The notes beneath the pieces were generated by a model that did no database searches, had not been told where the DNA came from, and saw only the letters and a list, made by a program, of their open reading frames with translations. A stretch of DNA of 32,000 nucleotides, taken from positions 1,200,001 to 1,232,000 of the forward strand of contig NC_000962.3 of assembly GCF_000195955.2 (NCBI RefSeq), given 5' to 3'. This DNA comes from Mycobacterium tuberculosis H37Rv (GTDB taxonomy: Bacteria > Actinomycetota > Actinomycetes > Mycobacteriales > Mycobacteriaceae). A program made the position numbers and the translations under genes. Of the stretch, positions 20,574 to 30,971 are shown one piece after another (the stretch's first letter is position 1; each line of letters opens with the position of its first letter).

Positions 20574-21854
20574 ATGTCTGCCCCGCTCGCTGAGGTTGAC
20601 CCCGATATCGCCGAGTTGCTGGCCAAGGAGCTTGGTCGGCAACGAGACACCCTGGAGATGATCGCCTCGGAGAACTTCGTACCGCGCGCTGTGCTGCAGG
20701 CCCAGGGCAGTGTGCTGACCAACAAGTACGCCGAGGGACTGCCCGGGCGGCGCTACTACGGCGGTTGTGAGCACGTCGACGTGGTGGAAAACCTCGCCCG
20801 CGACCGAGCCAAGGCGTTGTTCGGTGCCGAATTCGCCAATGTGCAACCGCATTCGGGCGCTCAGGCCAACGCCGCGGTGCTGCATGCGCTGATGTCACCC
20901 GGCGAGCGGCTGTTGGGTCTGGACCTGGCCAACGGTGGTCACCTGACCCATGGCATGCGGCTGAACTTCTCCGGCAAGCTCTACGAGAATGGCTTCTACG
21001 GCGTCGACCCGGCGACACATCTGATCGACATGGATGCGGTGCGGGCCACCGCACTCGAATTCCGCCCGAAGGTGATCATCGCCGGCTGGTCGGCCTACCC
21101 GCGGGTGCTCGACTTCGCGGCGTTCCGGTCGATCGCCGACGAGGTCGGGGCCAAGTTGCTCGTGGACATGGCGCATTTCGCGGGTCTGGTCGCCGCGGGG
21201 TTGCACCCGTCGCCGGTGCCGCACGCGGATGTGGTGTCCACCACCGTGCACAAGACGCTCGGCGGCGGCCGCTCCGGCCTGATCGTCGGTAAGCAGCAGT
21301 ACGCCAAGGCGATCAACTCGGCGGTGTTTCCCGGGCAGCAGGGCGGTCCGCTCATGCACGTCATTGCCGGCAAGGCGGTCGCGTTGAAGATCGCCGCCAC
21401 ACCCGAATTTGCCGACCGGCAGCGGCGCACGCTGTCCGGGGCCCGGATCATTGCCGATCGACTGATGGCTCCCGATGTCGCCAAGGCCGGTGTGTCGGTG
21501 GTCAGCGGCGGCACCGACGTCCACCTGGTGCTGGTCGATCTGCGTGATTCCCCACTGGATGGCCAGGCCGCCGAGGACCTGCTGCACGAGGTCGGCATCA
21601 CGGTCAACCGCAACGCCGTCCCCAATGATCCCCGACCGCCGATGGTGACCTCGGGCCTGCGGATAGGCACGCCCGCGCTGGCGACCCGCGGCTTCGGCGA
21701 CACCGAGTTCACCGAGGTCGCCGACATTATTGCGACCGCGCTGGCGACCGGCAGTTCCGTTGATGTGTCGGCGCTTAAGGATCGGGCGACCCGGCTGGCC
21801 AGGGCGTTTCCGCTCTACGACGGGCTCGAGGAGTGGAGTCTGGTCGGCCGCTGA
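20574..21854 (+). CDS. glyA1: Serine hydroxymethyltransferase
   Basis: [35 protein letters not shown]; PLP motif '[17 protein letters not shown]'. Confidence 0.95.
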   Translation: MSAPLAEVDPDIAELLAKELGRQRDTLEMIASENFVPRAVLQAQGSVLTNKYAEGLPGRRYYGGCEHVDVVENLARDRAKALFGAEFANVQPHSGAQANAAVLHALMSPGERLLGLDLANGGHLTHGMRLNFSGKLYENGFYGVDPATHLIDMDAVRATALEFRPKVIIAGWSAYPRVLDFAAFRSIADEVGAKLLVDMAHFAGLVAAGLHPSPVPHADVVSTTVHKTLGGGRSGLIVGKQQYAKAINSAVFPGQQGGPLMHVIAGKAVALKIAATPEFADRQRRTLSGARIIADRLMAPDVAKAGVSVVSGGTDVHLVLVDLRDSPLDGQAAEDLLHEVGITVNRNAVPNDPRPPMVTSGLRIGTPALATRGFGDTEFTEVADIIATALATGSSVDVSALKDRATRLARAFPLYDGLEEWSLVGR

Positions 21855-21958
21855 CGCGGGCCTGTCGTTGGCGCGCATAAGCGCGAGAGCGCCGATCACC
21901 GCGCGACACGGCGGCGCCCGATTTCACGAAATCTGTGTATGCGAGTTACAGTTACCGC

Positions 21959-22786
21959 ATGGCACAGAAACCTGTCGCTGATGCGCTGACCCTTGAGCTC
22001 GAGCCGGTGGTCGAAGCGAACATGACCCGCCACCTCGACACCGAGGACATCTGGTTCGCCCACGACTACGTCCCGTTCGATCAGGGGGAGAACTTCGCAT
22101 TCCTCGGCGGACGCGATTGGGATCCATCCCAGTCGACGCTGCCCAGAACGATCACCGACGCATGCGAGATCCTGCTGATCCTCAAGGACAACCTGGCCGG
22201 TCATCACCGTGAGCTCGTCGAGCACTTCATACTCGAGGATTGGTGGGGCCGCTGGCTCGGCCGGTGGACCGCAGAGGAGCACCTGCACGCCATCGCACTG
22301 CGCGAATACCTGGTGGTGACCCGGGAAGTCGACCCGGTCGCCAACGAGGACGTTCGAGTCCAACACGTGATGAAGGGCTACCGAGCCGAGAAGTACACGC
22401 AGGTCGAGACCCTGGTGTACATGGCGTTCTACGAGCGCTGCGGCGCGGTGTTCTGTCGTAATCTGGCCGCGCAGATCGAAGAGCCCATCCTGGCCGGACT
22501 CATCGACCGCATCGCCCGAGACGAAGTGCGACACGAGGAGTTCTTCGCCAACCTCGTTACGCACTGCCTGGACTACACGCGTGACGAGACGATCGCGGCG
22601 ATCGCCGCCCGTGCCGCCGACCTCGACGTCCTCGGGGCCGACATCGAGGCCTACCGAGACAAGCTGCAGAACGTGGCCGACGCTGGCATTTTCGGCAAGC
22701 CGCAGCTACGGCAGCTGATCTCGGACCGCATCACGGCATGGGGCCTGGCTGGGGAGCCCTCCCTCAAGCAATTCGTCACGGGCTAG
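21959..22786 (+). CDS. desA2: Acyl-ACP desaturase-like DesA2
   Basis: MAQKPVADALTLELEPVVEANMTRHLDTEDIWFAHDYVPFDQGENFAFLGG...; 'EERHEE'-like region reads 'IARDEVRHEEFF'. Confidence 0.93.
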   Translation: MAQKPVADALTLELEPVVEANMTRHLDTEDIWFAHDYVPFDQGENFAFLGGRDWDPSQSTLPRTITDACEILLILKDNLAGHHRELVEHFILEDWWGRWLGRWTAEEHLHAIALREYLVVTREVDPVANEDVRVQHVMKGYRAEKYTQVETLVYMAFYERCGAVFCRNLAAQIEEPILAGLIDRIARDEVRHEEFFANLVTHCLDYTRDETIAAIAARAADLDVLGADIEAYRDKLQNVADAGIFGKPQLRQLISDRITAWGLAGEPSLKQFVTG

Positions 22787-22844
22787 ACACCCGTCGGCGC
22801 GCCTGCCCTGCGGGGGTACGGCCGGCGGAGTAGCGTCGCACTCG

Positions 22845-23000
22845 ATGGCTAGCGACATGCTCTGCTGCCAGGGCGGCACCTTCCGTCACGACGGCTGTCA
22901 TGACAAGGGCAGGACCGGCCCCGGTCCTGGTGTCGCTGCCCCCGCCGACATGCTCGGGTGGGTCCGCTCGAGCGCCGTTAGCTCGAGGAGCGCTCCGTGA
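22845..23000 (+). CDS. Candidate 51-aa small ORF whose TGA overlaps the phoH2 GTG start; possible counterpart of the PhoAT partner described for mycobacterial phoH2
   Basis: [51 protein letters not shown]; stop 22998..23000 inside GTGA with start 22997. Not in ORF track. Confidence 0.5.
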
Positions 23001-24298
23001 CCGATACCCGCACGTACGTGCTCGACACCTCTGTGCTGCTGTCCGATCCGTGGGCGTGCAGCCGGTTCGCCGAACACGATGTGGTGGTTCCGTTGGTGGT
23101 GATCAGCGAGCTAGAAGCCAAGCGCCACCACCACGAGCTGGGATGGTTCGCCCGCCAGGCGTTGCGTCTGTTCGACGATCTGCGCCTAGAACACGGGCGG
23201 TTGGATCAGCCGATTCCGGTTGGCACCCAAGGCGGTACGCTGCACGTCGAACTCAATCACACCGACCCGGCGGTGCTGCCCGCAGGCTTTCGCACCGACA
23301 GCAACGACTCGAGGATCTTGAGTTGCGCCGCCAACCTCGCCGCCGAGGGCAAGCGGGTCACGTTGGTCAGCAAGGACATTCCGCTGCGCGTTAAGGCCGC
23401 CGCGGTGGGGCTGGCCGCCGACGAGTACCACGCGCAGGACGTCGTTGTGTCCGGATGGTCGGGGATGCACGAGCTCGAGACCGCTTCCGCGGATATCGAT
23501 GCGTTGTTCGCCGATGGCGAGATCGACCTGGTCGAAGCCCGGGACCTACCGTGTCACACCGGGATTCGGTTGCTGGGCGGCGGTTCCCACGCGCTGGGCC
23601 GGGTCAATGCGCATAAACGTGTTCAGCTGGTGCGAGGTGACCGTGAGGCGTTCGGTCTGCGTGGCCGCTCCGCCGAGCAGCGGGTGGCGCTGGATTTGCT
23701 GCTCGATGAGTCGGTGGGCATCGTGTCGCTGGGCGGCAAAGCCGGCACGGGCAAGTCCGCTTTGGCGTTGTGTGCGGGTCTGGAAGCCGTGCTGGAGCGA
23801 CGCACCCACCGCAAGGTGGTGGTCTTCCGCCCGCTGTACGCGGTCGGCGGCCAGGAGCTGGGCTACCTGCCCGGTAGCGAGAGCGAGAAGATGGGCCCGT
23901 GGGCGCAGGCGGTCTTCGACACCCTCGAGGGGCTGGCCAGCCCGGCGGTGCTCGAGGAAGTGCTGTCCCGTGGCATGCTCGAGGTGCTGCCGCTGACCCA
24001 CATCCGGGGCCGCTCGTTGCATGACTCGTTCGTCATCGTCGACGAGGCACAGTCGCTGGAGCGCAATGTGTTGCTGACCGTGCTGTCCCGGTTGGGGACC
24101 GGTTCCCGGGTGGTGTTGACCCACGACATCGCCCAGCGCGACAACCTGCGGGTCGGCCGCCACGACGGGGTCGCCGCGGTGATCGAGAAGCTCAAAGGTC
24201 ATCCGTTGTTCGCCCACATCACCTTGCTGCGCAGTGAGCGCTCGCCGATCGCCGCGCTGGTCACCGAGATGCTCGAGGAGATCACCGGGCCGCGCTGA
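22997..24298 (+). CDS. phoH2: PhoH2: N-terminal PIN domain fused to PhoH ATPase domain
   Basis: PIN-like '[19 protein letters not shown]...VISELEAKR'; PhoH '[17 protein letters not shown]', '[23 protein letters not shown]'. Confidence 0.93.
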
Positions 24299-24310
24299 GT
24301 GCGCCTCCCG

Positions 24311-24368
24311 CGAGCAGACACAGAATCGCACTGCGCCGGCCCGGCGCGTGCGATTCTGTGTCTGCTTG
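24311..24368. terminator. Long intergenic hairpin between phoH2 and the deacetylase gene
   Basis: CGAGCAGACACAGAATCGCAC(T)GCGCCGG pairs with CCGGCGC-GTGCGATTCTGTGTCTGCTTG; one G.T position and one bulge. Confidence 0.65.
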
Positions 24369-24384
24369 CCGGTAGACTTCCTGG

Positions 24385-25260
24385 GTGCCGAAGCGACCCG
24401 ACAACCAGACCTGGCGCTACTGGCGCACGGTTACCGGTGTCGTGGTCGCCGGTGCGGTGCTGGTGGTGGGCGGGCTTAGCGGCCGGGTCACACGGGCGGA
24501 GAACCTGAGCTGTTCGGTCATCAAGTGTGTCGCGTTGACCTTCGACGACGGTCCGGGGCCCTATACCGACCGGCTGCTGCACATCCTGACCGACAACGAC
24601 GCCAAAGCCACCTTCTTCCTGATCGGCAACAAAGTGGCCGCCAACCCCGCCGGCGCCCGGCGCATCGCGGACGCGGGCATGGAGATCGGTAGCCATACCT
24701 GGGAACACCCCAATATGACCACGATTCCGCCCGAGGATATCCCCGGCCAATTCTCCAGGGCCAACGATGTGATCGCCGCGGCGACCGGCCGCACGCCGAC
24801 GTTGTATCGCCCGGCCGGCGGACTGTCCAACGATGCGGTACGCCAGGCCGCGGCCAAGGTTGGGCAAGCCGAAATCCTTTGGGACGTTATACCTTTCGAC
24901 TGGATCAACGACTCCAACACGGCAGCAACCCGGCACATGCTGATGACGCAGATCAAGCCGGGTTCGGTGGTGTTGTTCCACGACACCTACTCCAGCACCG
25001 TCGACGTGGTGTACCAGTTCATCCCGGTGCTCAAAGCCAACGGCTATCGCCTGGTGACCGTCAGCGAGCTGCTCGGGCCGAGGGCGCCAGGAAGCAGTTA
25101 CGGCAGCCGGGAAAACGGTCCACCCGTCAACGAACTGCGTGACATTCCGGCCAGCGAGATCCCGCCGTTGCCCAACACCTCATCGCCCAAGCCGATGCCC
25201 AACTTCCCGATCACCGATATTGCGGGTCAGAATTCGGGCGGGCCAAATAACGGTGCGTAA
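24385..25260 (+). CDS. Polysaccharide (peptidoglycan) deacetylase, NodB homology (Rv1096-like)
   Basis: N-terminal TM; 'VALTFDDGPGPYTDRLLHIL', 'IGSHTWEHPNMT', 'TPTLYRPAGG'. Confidence 0.92.
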   Translation: MPKRPDNQTWRYWRTVTGVVVAGAVLVVGGLSGRVTRAENLSCSVIKCVALTFDDGPGPYTDRLLHILTDNDAKATFFLIGNKVAANPAGARRIADAGMEIGSHTWEHPNMTTIPPEDIPGQFSRANDVIAAATGRTPTLYRPAGGLSNDAVRQAAAKVGQAEILWDVIPFDWINDSNTAATRHMLMTQIKPGSVVLFHDTYSSTVDVVYQFIPVLKANGYRLVTVSELLGPRAPGSSYGSRENGPPVNELRDIPASEIPPLPNTSSPKPMPNFPITDIAGQNSGGPNNGA

Positions 25261-25262
25261 CC

Positions 25263-26144
25263 TCAGGACTTGTTGACCTTCAGCGCCTCAATGACCCTCT
25301 CGACGGTGGCGCGCGAGGTTGCATCACCGATGGGGGTGGCGCCCAGGAAGACGGTGACCGGCTTGGTGTCGACCGCGATGATCGTGACCGAATCACCTTT
25401 GACGTTGCGTGAACTGTCGGCGATTGTGATATCGGCGTCTACCCGGGCGGCCCTGACCCCGTCGACGGTGATCGACGACGTCTTGGTCGGGCCCAGGGTG
25501 GGCGACGAGCCTGCGTAGCCGGGGCCGTCGGCCACGCATTGCATCAACTTCGATGCTTGCGCGGCGACGTCCATGGTGGTGACGAAGTTGGTTATCGCAA
25601 CCTCGGCTTGCATCATCCACTGGTCGGCACCGGCCACCTCGTGGCCGACGCCCACCGCGTCGATGAGGTTCGGGTTCTGGTCGTCGGAGAACGCCGACCA
25701 CCCGGGTGCCGCGCTGGTCGGGAACGACAGCTTACCCGCACTGATCGAATCGCCGATGGGCTGCACACCGCCGGACACATTTGGGGTACAACCGGTTGCG
25801 GTTTGCTGGGAAAACGGTTGCGACGTGGGAGCACTCGTCGCCGGAGAGGTTGCCGTGGTCGACTTGTTGTCGCCGCGGAGGCCGATCACCAGGATCACCA
25901 CCAGTAGGATGACACCCAGCACCGCGAGGCCGGCGAGGATCAGCCACGGTGTCTTCGATCCTGGCCCGGGCGGAGGTGGTCCTGGCGGATAGGGCCCCGC
26001 CGGCCAGCCGGGCGGATACTGCTGGGGTGGGTAGGCCGGCGGATAGGAGCCGCCCTGCGGTTGGCCTCCCCAATACGGGTCCTGCCCATACGTATTCGGG
26101 CCGTAGGGGTAGTTGCCGTAGGGGCCAGCGGGAGGAACCGTCAT
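25263..26144 (-). CDS. Gly/Pro-rich membrane protein (Rv1097c-like)
   Basis: [46 protein letters not shown]... then TM '[25 protein letters not shown]'. Confidence 0.88.
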   Translation of the reverse strand: MTVPPAGPYGNYPYGPNTYGQDPYWGGQPQGGSYPPAYPPQQYPPGWPAGPYPPGPPPPGPGSKTPWLILAGLAVLGVILLVVILVIGLRGDNKSTTATSPATSAPTSQPFSQQTATGCTPNVSGGVQPIGDSISAGKLSFPTSAAPGWSAFSDDQNPNLIDAVGVGHEVAGADQWMMQAEVAITNFVTTMDVAAQASKLMQCVADGPGYAGSSPTLGPTKTSSITVDGVRAARVDADITIADSSRNVKGDSVTIIAVDTKPVTVFLGATPIGDATSRATVERVIEALKVNKS

Positions 26145-27565
26145 AGCCGATCGCTGTCGAGCTGCTCGGCCTTGGCCATTGCCAGCACGTCCAGACGGCG
26201 GTCCAGATCCTCGATCGACAGCCTGTCGCCGATCAGGCCACGGTCGATCACGGTTTGGCGAATCGTTTTGCGTTCCTTGAGTGCTTGCTTGGCGACGGCG
26301 GCCGCCTCCTCGTAGCCGATGGCCGAATTCAACGGTGTCACGATCGACGGTGAGGACTCGGCCAGCCGCCGCAGGTGCTCGACGTTGGCGGTCAGCCCTG
26401 CTATGCAGCGCTGGGCGAACAGCCGTGACACATTGGTCAGCAGCTTGAAGGACTCGAGGATGTTGCGGGCCATCATCGGGATGTAGACGTTGAGTTCGAA
26501 TGCGCCGTTGGCCCCACCCCAGGCGATGGCGGCGTCGTTTCCGATCACCTGCGCGGCGACCTGCGTAACCGCCTCCGGCAGAACCGGATTCACCTTTCCC
26601 GGCATGATCGAGCTGCCCGGCTGCAGATCTGGCAGTTGGATCTCGGCCAGGCCGGTCAATGGGCCCGATCCCATCCAGCGGATGTCGTTGGCGATCTTGG
26701 TCAGCGATACCGCGATCGTGCGCAGCGCCCCGGACGCCTCCACCAGCCCGTCGCGGGCAGCCTGAGCTTCGAAAGAATTAGCCGCCGTACGCAATTCCGA
26801 CAGACCGGTCTGCGCGACCAGCACCGCGACCACTCTGACGCCGAAGTCGTCGGGAGCGTTGAGGCCGGTACCCACCGCGGTGCCGCCGATCGCCAGCTCG
26901 CCCAGCCTGGGCAGACACGCGCGCACCCGCTCGATGCCGGCCTCGATCTGGCGGGCATATCCGCTGAACTCCTGGCCGAGTGTCACCGGAACGGCGTCCA
27001 TCAGATGCGTTCGGCCCGACTTCACCACCGTGTGCCAATCAAGAGCCTTGGCGGCCAATGCGTCGTGCAGCTGCTGCAGCGCTGGGATGAGATGAGCGAC
27101 CGCGGCCTCGGTGGCCGCGATGTGGGTGGCCGTCGGGAAGGTGTCGTTGGACGACTGCGACATGTTCACGTCGTCGTTGGGATGCAACGTGACCCCGCCC
27201 TTGGCCGCGATGGACGCAATCACCTCGTTGGTGTTCATGTTGGAGCTGGTGCCCGAGCCGGTCTGGAAGACGTCGATGGGAAACTGGTCGTCGTGTTGAC
27301 CGTCGGCGATCTCGGCGGCCGCGGCGATGATGGCGTCGGCTTTCTCCGGCGCCAGCAACCCGAGGTCGGAGTTCACCTGCGCGCAGGCGCCTTTCAGCAG
27401 GCCTAGCGCGCGGATCTGGGTGCGCTCCAACCCGCGGCCGGATATCGGGAAGTTCTCCACCGCGCGCTGGGTTTGCGCGCGCCACAACGCTTTTGCCGGC
27501 ACCCGGACTTCGCCCATGGTGTCGTGCTCGATGCGGTAATTGGCGCTGTCGGCGTCAACGGCCAT
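26141..27565 (-). CDS. fum: Fumarate hydratase class II
   Basis: '[16 protein letters not shown]', '[20 protein letters not shown]', signature '[15 protein letters not shown]'; ATGA overlap with the downstream gene. Confidence 0.96.
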   Translation of the reverse strand: MAVDADSANYRIEHDTMGEVRVPAKALWRAQTQRAVENFPISGRGLERTQIRALGLLKGACAQVNSDLGLLAPEKADAIIAAAAEIADGQHDDQFPIDVFQTGSGTSSNMNTNEVIASIAAKGGVTLHPNDDVNMSQSSNDTFPTATHIAATEAAVAHLIPALQQLHDALAAKALDWHTVVKSGRTHLMDAVPVTLGQEFSGYARQIEAGIERVRACLPRLGELAIGGTAVGTGLNAPDDFGVRVVAVLVAQTGLSELRTAANSFEAQAARDGLVEASGALRTIAVSLTKIANDIRWMGSGPLTGLAEIQLPDLQPGSSIMPGKVNPVLPEAVTQVAAQVIGNDAAIAWGGANGAFELNVYIPMMARNILESFKLLTNVSRLFAQRCIAGLTANVEHLRRLAESSPSIVTPLNSAIGYEEAAAVAKQALKERKTIRQTVIDRGLIGDRLSIEDLDRRLDVLAMAKAEQLDSDRL

Positions 27566-27595
27566 TGATCGGGTTCCTTGTGTGTCGTGGGTGTG

Positions 27596-28684
27596 TTAGG
27601 GCAATGGGTACACGGCGCTGCTGTCGCCGGTGAAGTCGATCGCGGAGTATTCGTTGAGCTTTGAAAGCCGGTGGTAGGCCTCGATCATCCGGACGGTGCC
27701 GGACTTCGAGCGCATCACGATCGAATGGGTGGTGCAGCCGCCGGGGTAGTAACGCACTCCCTTGAGCAGGTCGCCGTCGGTGACCCCAGTGGCGCAGAAG
27801 AAGACGTTTTCCCCGGACACCAGATCTTCGGTGGTCAAGACCTGGTTCAGGTCGTAACCGGCTTCTAGGGCCTTGCGGCGTTCCGCGTCGTCGCGCGGGG
27901 CGAGCTGCGCCTGGATCGCCCCGCCCATGCAGCGGATCGCCGCGGCGGCGATGATTCCCTCCGGGGTGCCGCCGATCCCAGCTAGCAGGTCGGTGCCGGA
28001 GTGCGGTCGGCACGCCGAGATCGCGCCGGCGACGTCGCCATCGGTGATCAGCCGGATCCGGGCCCCGGTGGCGCGGACGTCGTGGATGAGTTGCGCGTGC
28101 CGCGGCCTGTCCAGGATGCACACCGTCATGTCTCGCACCGACAGGTCCTTGACCTTGGCGACCGCTCGGATGTTTTCCGAGATCGGCGCGGTGATATCCA
28201 GCACGTGTGCGGCATCGGGGCCGACGGCGATTTTGTTCATGTAGAACACCGCCGACGGGTCGAACATGGTGCCGCGATCGGCTACCGCCAGCACCGAGAT
28301 GGCGTTGGTCATGCCCTTGCTCATCAGCGTGGTGCCGTCAATGGGGTCGACGGCAAAGTCGCATTCCGGTCCGTCGCCGTTGCCCACTTCTTCGCCGTTG
28401 TAGAGCATTGGTGCGTGGTCCTTTTCGCCTTCGCCGATGACCACCACCCCGCGCATGGAAACCGAGTTGACCAGTTCGCGCATCGCGTCGACCGCCGCGC
28501 CGTCGCCGCCCTCCTTGTCGCCGCGGCCTACCCAGCGGCCCGCGGCCATGGCTCCGGCCTCGGTCACCCGGACCAGCTCCATGGCCAGGTTGCGGTCCGG
28601 GGCTTCCCGGCGCGATGGCCTGGTGTGCGACGGGTCGTGGCTGGCCACCGCGGCCGTCGACGAACCGGATCCCTCAGCTGTCAT
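27596..28684 (-). CDS. glpX: Fructose-1,6-bisphosphatase class II
   Basis: Start [23 protein letters not shown] at 28684; '[21 protein letters not shown]', '[17 protein letters not shown]', '[20 protein letters not shown]'. Confidence 0.94.
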
Positions 28685-28739
28685 GGTTGGTGATTGTCCC
28701 AGAAGCCGAACCGTGCGCTGGAGCTGGGATACTGGCCAT

Positions 28740-29384
28740 GTGACCGCCGAGCCGCAGCCGACCCCTAGGCCGGCTAAACCGCGGTTGCTGCAGGACGGCC
28801 GCGACATGTTCTGGTCGCTCGCGCCGCTGGTCGTGGGGTGCATCCTGTTGGCGGGCCTGGTTGGGATGTGCTCGTTTCAACTGGGCGGGACCAAGCGGGG
28901 ACCGATCCCGTCCTACGATGCGGCCCAGGCGCTGCGGGCAGACGCCAAGACGCTGGGATTCCCGATACGGTTGCCGCAATTGCCAGGCGGCTGGACGCCC
29001 AACTCCGGGGGTCGCGGCGGCATCGAGAACGGGCGAGCGGACCCGGCAACCGGTCAACGCCGCAACGCGGCGACCTCAATCGTGGGATTCATCAGCCCGA
29101 CCGGGAGATATCTGAGCTTGACCCAGAGCAACGCCGACGAGGACAAGCTGGTCGGCTCCATCCACCCGTCGATGTACCCGACGGGGACGGTCGACGTGGG
29201 CGGCACCCGTTGGGTCGTTTACGAGGGTTCGGACGAAAACGGTGCCGTCGAGCCGGTATGGACGACACGGCTCACCGGACCGGGCGGGGCCACCCAGCTG
29301 GCAATCACCGGTGCCGGCAGCATCGATCAGTTCCGCACGCTGGCGTCGGCGACGCAATCGCAGCCCCCGTTGCCCGCACGATAG
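28740..29384 (+). CDS. Membrane-anchored DUF4245-like protein (Rv1100-like); upstream ATG at 28683 is an alternative start
   Basis: [50 protein letters not shown]... with TM helix and extracytoplasmic domain. Confidence 0.82.
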
Positions 29385-29390
29385 CGGGTC

Positions 29391-30548
29391 TCACTCAGCG
29401 GTTGACGGAGGCGGGGCGTTTCTTGACGTGGCCGGGCCTCGACGCGGCAGCCACCTGCGGCGGACGGGTGGTGCTTCGAACTGTTCCAGTTCGACGCCTT
29501 TGTACACCGCGAGGTAGACGTCGATGGTGGTGACGATGAGGATCATCAGCACCGGGCCGATGATGATACCCCAGGGGCCGAACATGGTGATACCGGCGAA
29601 CACCGACAGCAACATCAGCGCCGAGTTCAGCCGCGCGTCGCGCGGCACCAGGATCGGCCGCAGGACGTTGTCGATGTTGGTAACCACCAGCAGATGCCAC
29701 AGCAGCACGAAGATTCCCCCGGCGATATTGCCGTAGAAGATCATCCCGATGCCGAACGGAATCGTCACGATGCCGCCGCCCAGCGGGATGATCGACAACG
29801 CGGTGAGCACGATGGCGAAGATGAAGAAGCCGTGGTGAAATCCGGCGATGTAGATCGATGCGGCGCCGGCGACTCCCTGGCACGCCGCGATGACGAACTG
29901 GCCGTTCACCGTGCCGCGGACCATCGAGCCCATCTTCTGCAGGTACAGATCCGTGACGTCTTCGCCGAGCGGGTTGAGCTGGCCGATCAGTGTCCTTAGC
30001 TTCTCGCGGTTCACCAAGAGCGCGACGAACACGTACACAAAGATGATGGCCGACGTGATGACACCGGCGAGGCTTCCGGCGGCGTCGCGCAGGAAGTGCA
30101 GCAGCCATTCGCCGACGTTCTGTGCTACCGAAATCATCGCTTTGCGCAGTGCGTCCGCGGTAACCGTGATGTGCAGGAACGGCACCCGGTCAAACAAGCC
30201 GTTGACGAATTGCAGGATCTTGTCGCCGAGGGTGCTCAGATCGGTCGTCCGCACCCAGTCGGCGACGGAGTCGACCATGCGAGCGATCTGCACGATCGCC
30301 AGCCCCACCAAGGCTCCCACCGGCACGACGACGGCGGCCAGCGCCGACAACAACGTGCAGGCGGCCGACAGGCCGGTATTGAAGCGCTTGGTGAACCACT
30401 TGAAAAGTGGCGTGAACAAATAGGCGCCGACGGCTGCCACCACGATCAGAACGAAATAGTTACGCAGGAAGTACGCACCGAACAGCAAAGCGATCAACGT
30501 GAGGATCGCCAGGGCGCGCTTCTGAGTGAGCGTGAATTCGGTGTTCAA
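29391..30548 (-). CDS. AI-2E family / PerM-like multi-spanning membrane protein (Rv1101c-like)
   Basis: MNTEFTLTQKRALAILTLIALLFGAYFLRNYFVLIVVAAVGAYLFTPLFKWF...; 'GGIVTIPFGIGMIFYGNI', 'NVLRPILVPRDARLNSALMLLSVFAGI'. Confidence 0.9.
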   Translation of the reverse strand: MNTEFTLTQKRALAILTLIALLFGAYFLRNYFVLIVVAAVGAYLFTPLFKWFTKRFNTGLSAACTLLSALAAVVVPVGALVGLAIVQIARMVDSVADWVRTTDLSTLGDKILQFVNGLFDRVPFLHITVTADALRKAMISVAQNVGEWLLHFLRDAAGSLAGVITSAIIFVYVFVALLVNREKLRTLIGQLNPLGEDVTDLYLQKMGSMVRGTVNGQFVIAACQGVAGAASIYIAGFHHGFFIFAIVLTALSIIPLGGGIVTIPFGIGMIFYGNIAGGIFVLLWHLLVVTNIDNVLRPILVPRDARLNSALMLLSVFAGITMFGPWGIIIGPVLMILIVTTIDVYLAVYKGVELEQFEAPPVRRRWLPRRGPATSRNAPPPSTAE

Positions 30549-30576
30549 AGCGGGTCCGCCCTTCGCTTCTTGGTGC

Positions 30577-30633
30577 TGACTCTGCGTCCAGCAGGCGGGT
30601 TACTCGCACTATTGCGTGGTGGATGCAGAGTCA
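30577..30633. terminator. Dyad between mazF3 and the AI-2E-like gene
   Basis: TGACTCTGCGTCCA (30577..30590) and TGGATGCAGAGTCA (30620..30633): 13 of 14 positions complementary. Confidence 0.5.
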
Positions 30634-30659
30634 ACGGATGTCGGTGCAGTGCTGTAGAC

Positions 30660-30971
30660 CTATGCCACCACCCAATCGAGGTCGAACGCGTTGCCGATGG
30701 CCTCGGCTAGAGCCGGCTCCTGCGACGCGAGCAGGTAGCCGATTTGACGACCAAGGTCACACACCGGGATCGTTTGGGTGTTGTCGCAGCTGACGACTGA
30801 CGGTTGATTCAGCCCGTTCACCGCGTCTACCGGGACTTCGGTGGCTAGCCCACGCACGGTTGTCGTGATCGGGGCGACGGTGACGTTCGTGAGGTGCGGA
30901 CGTACGACCTCGCGGGTAAGGATCAGGACGGGTCTAGCCTTGTCAAGCTGTGCGATGTGGATAGGTCGCAT
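30660..30971 (-). CDS. mazF3: MazF-family toxin (endoribonuclease), MazF3 by position
   Basis: MRPIHIAQLDKARPVLILTREVVRPHLTNVTVAPITTTVRGLATEVPVDAVNGLNQPSVVSCDNTQTIPVCDLGRQIGYL; PemK/MazF fold pattern. Confidence 0.92.
   Translation of the reverse strand: MRPIHIAQLDKARPVLILTREVVRPHLTNVTVAPITTTVRGLATEVPVDAVNGLNQPSVVSCDNTQTIPVCDLGRQIGYLLASQEPALAEAIGNAFDLDWVVA

Noticed and set aside
22900-23394. 164-aa ORF in another frame overlapping phoH2
   Set aside because: It overlaps the PIN domain of phoH2 out of frame and is Arg/Pro-rich; the coupled 22845..23000 frame is the better small-gene candidate.
28001-28693. 230-aa plus-strand ORF antisense to glpX
   Set aside because: Shadow frame of a highly conserved enzyme gene.
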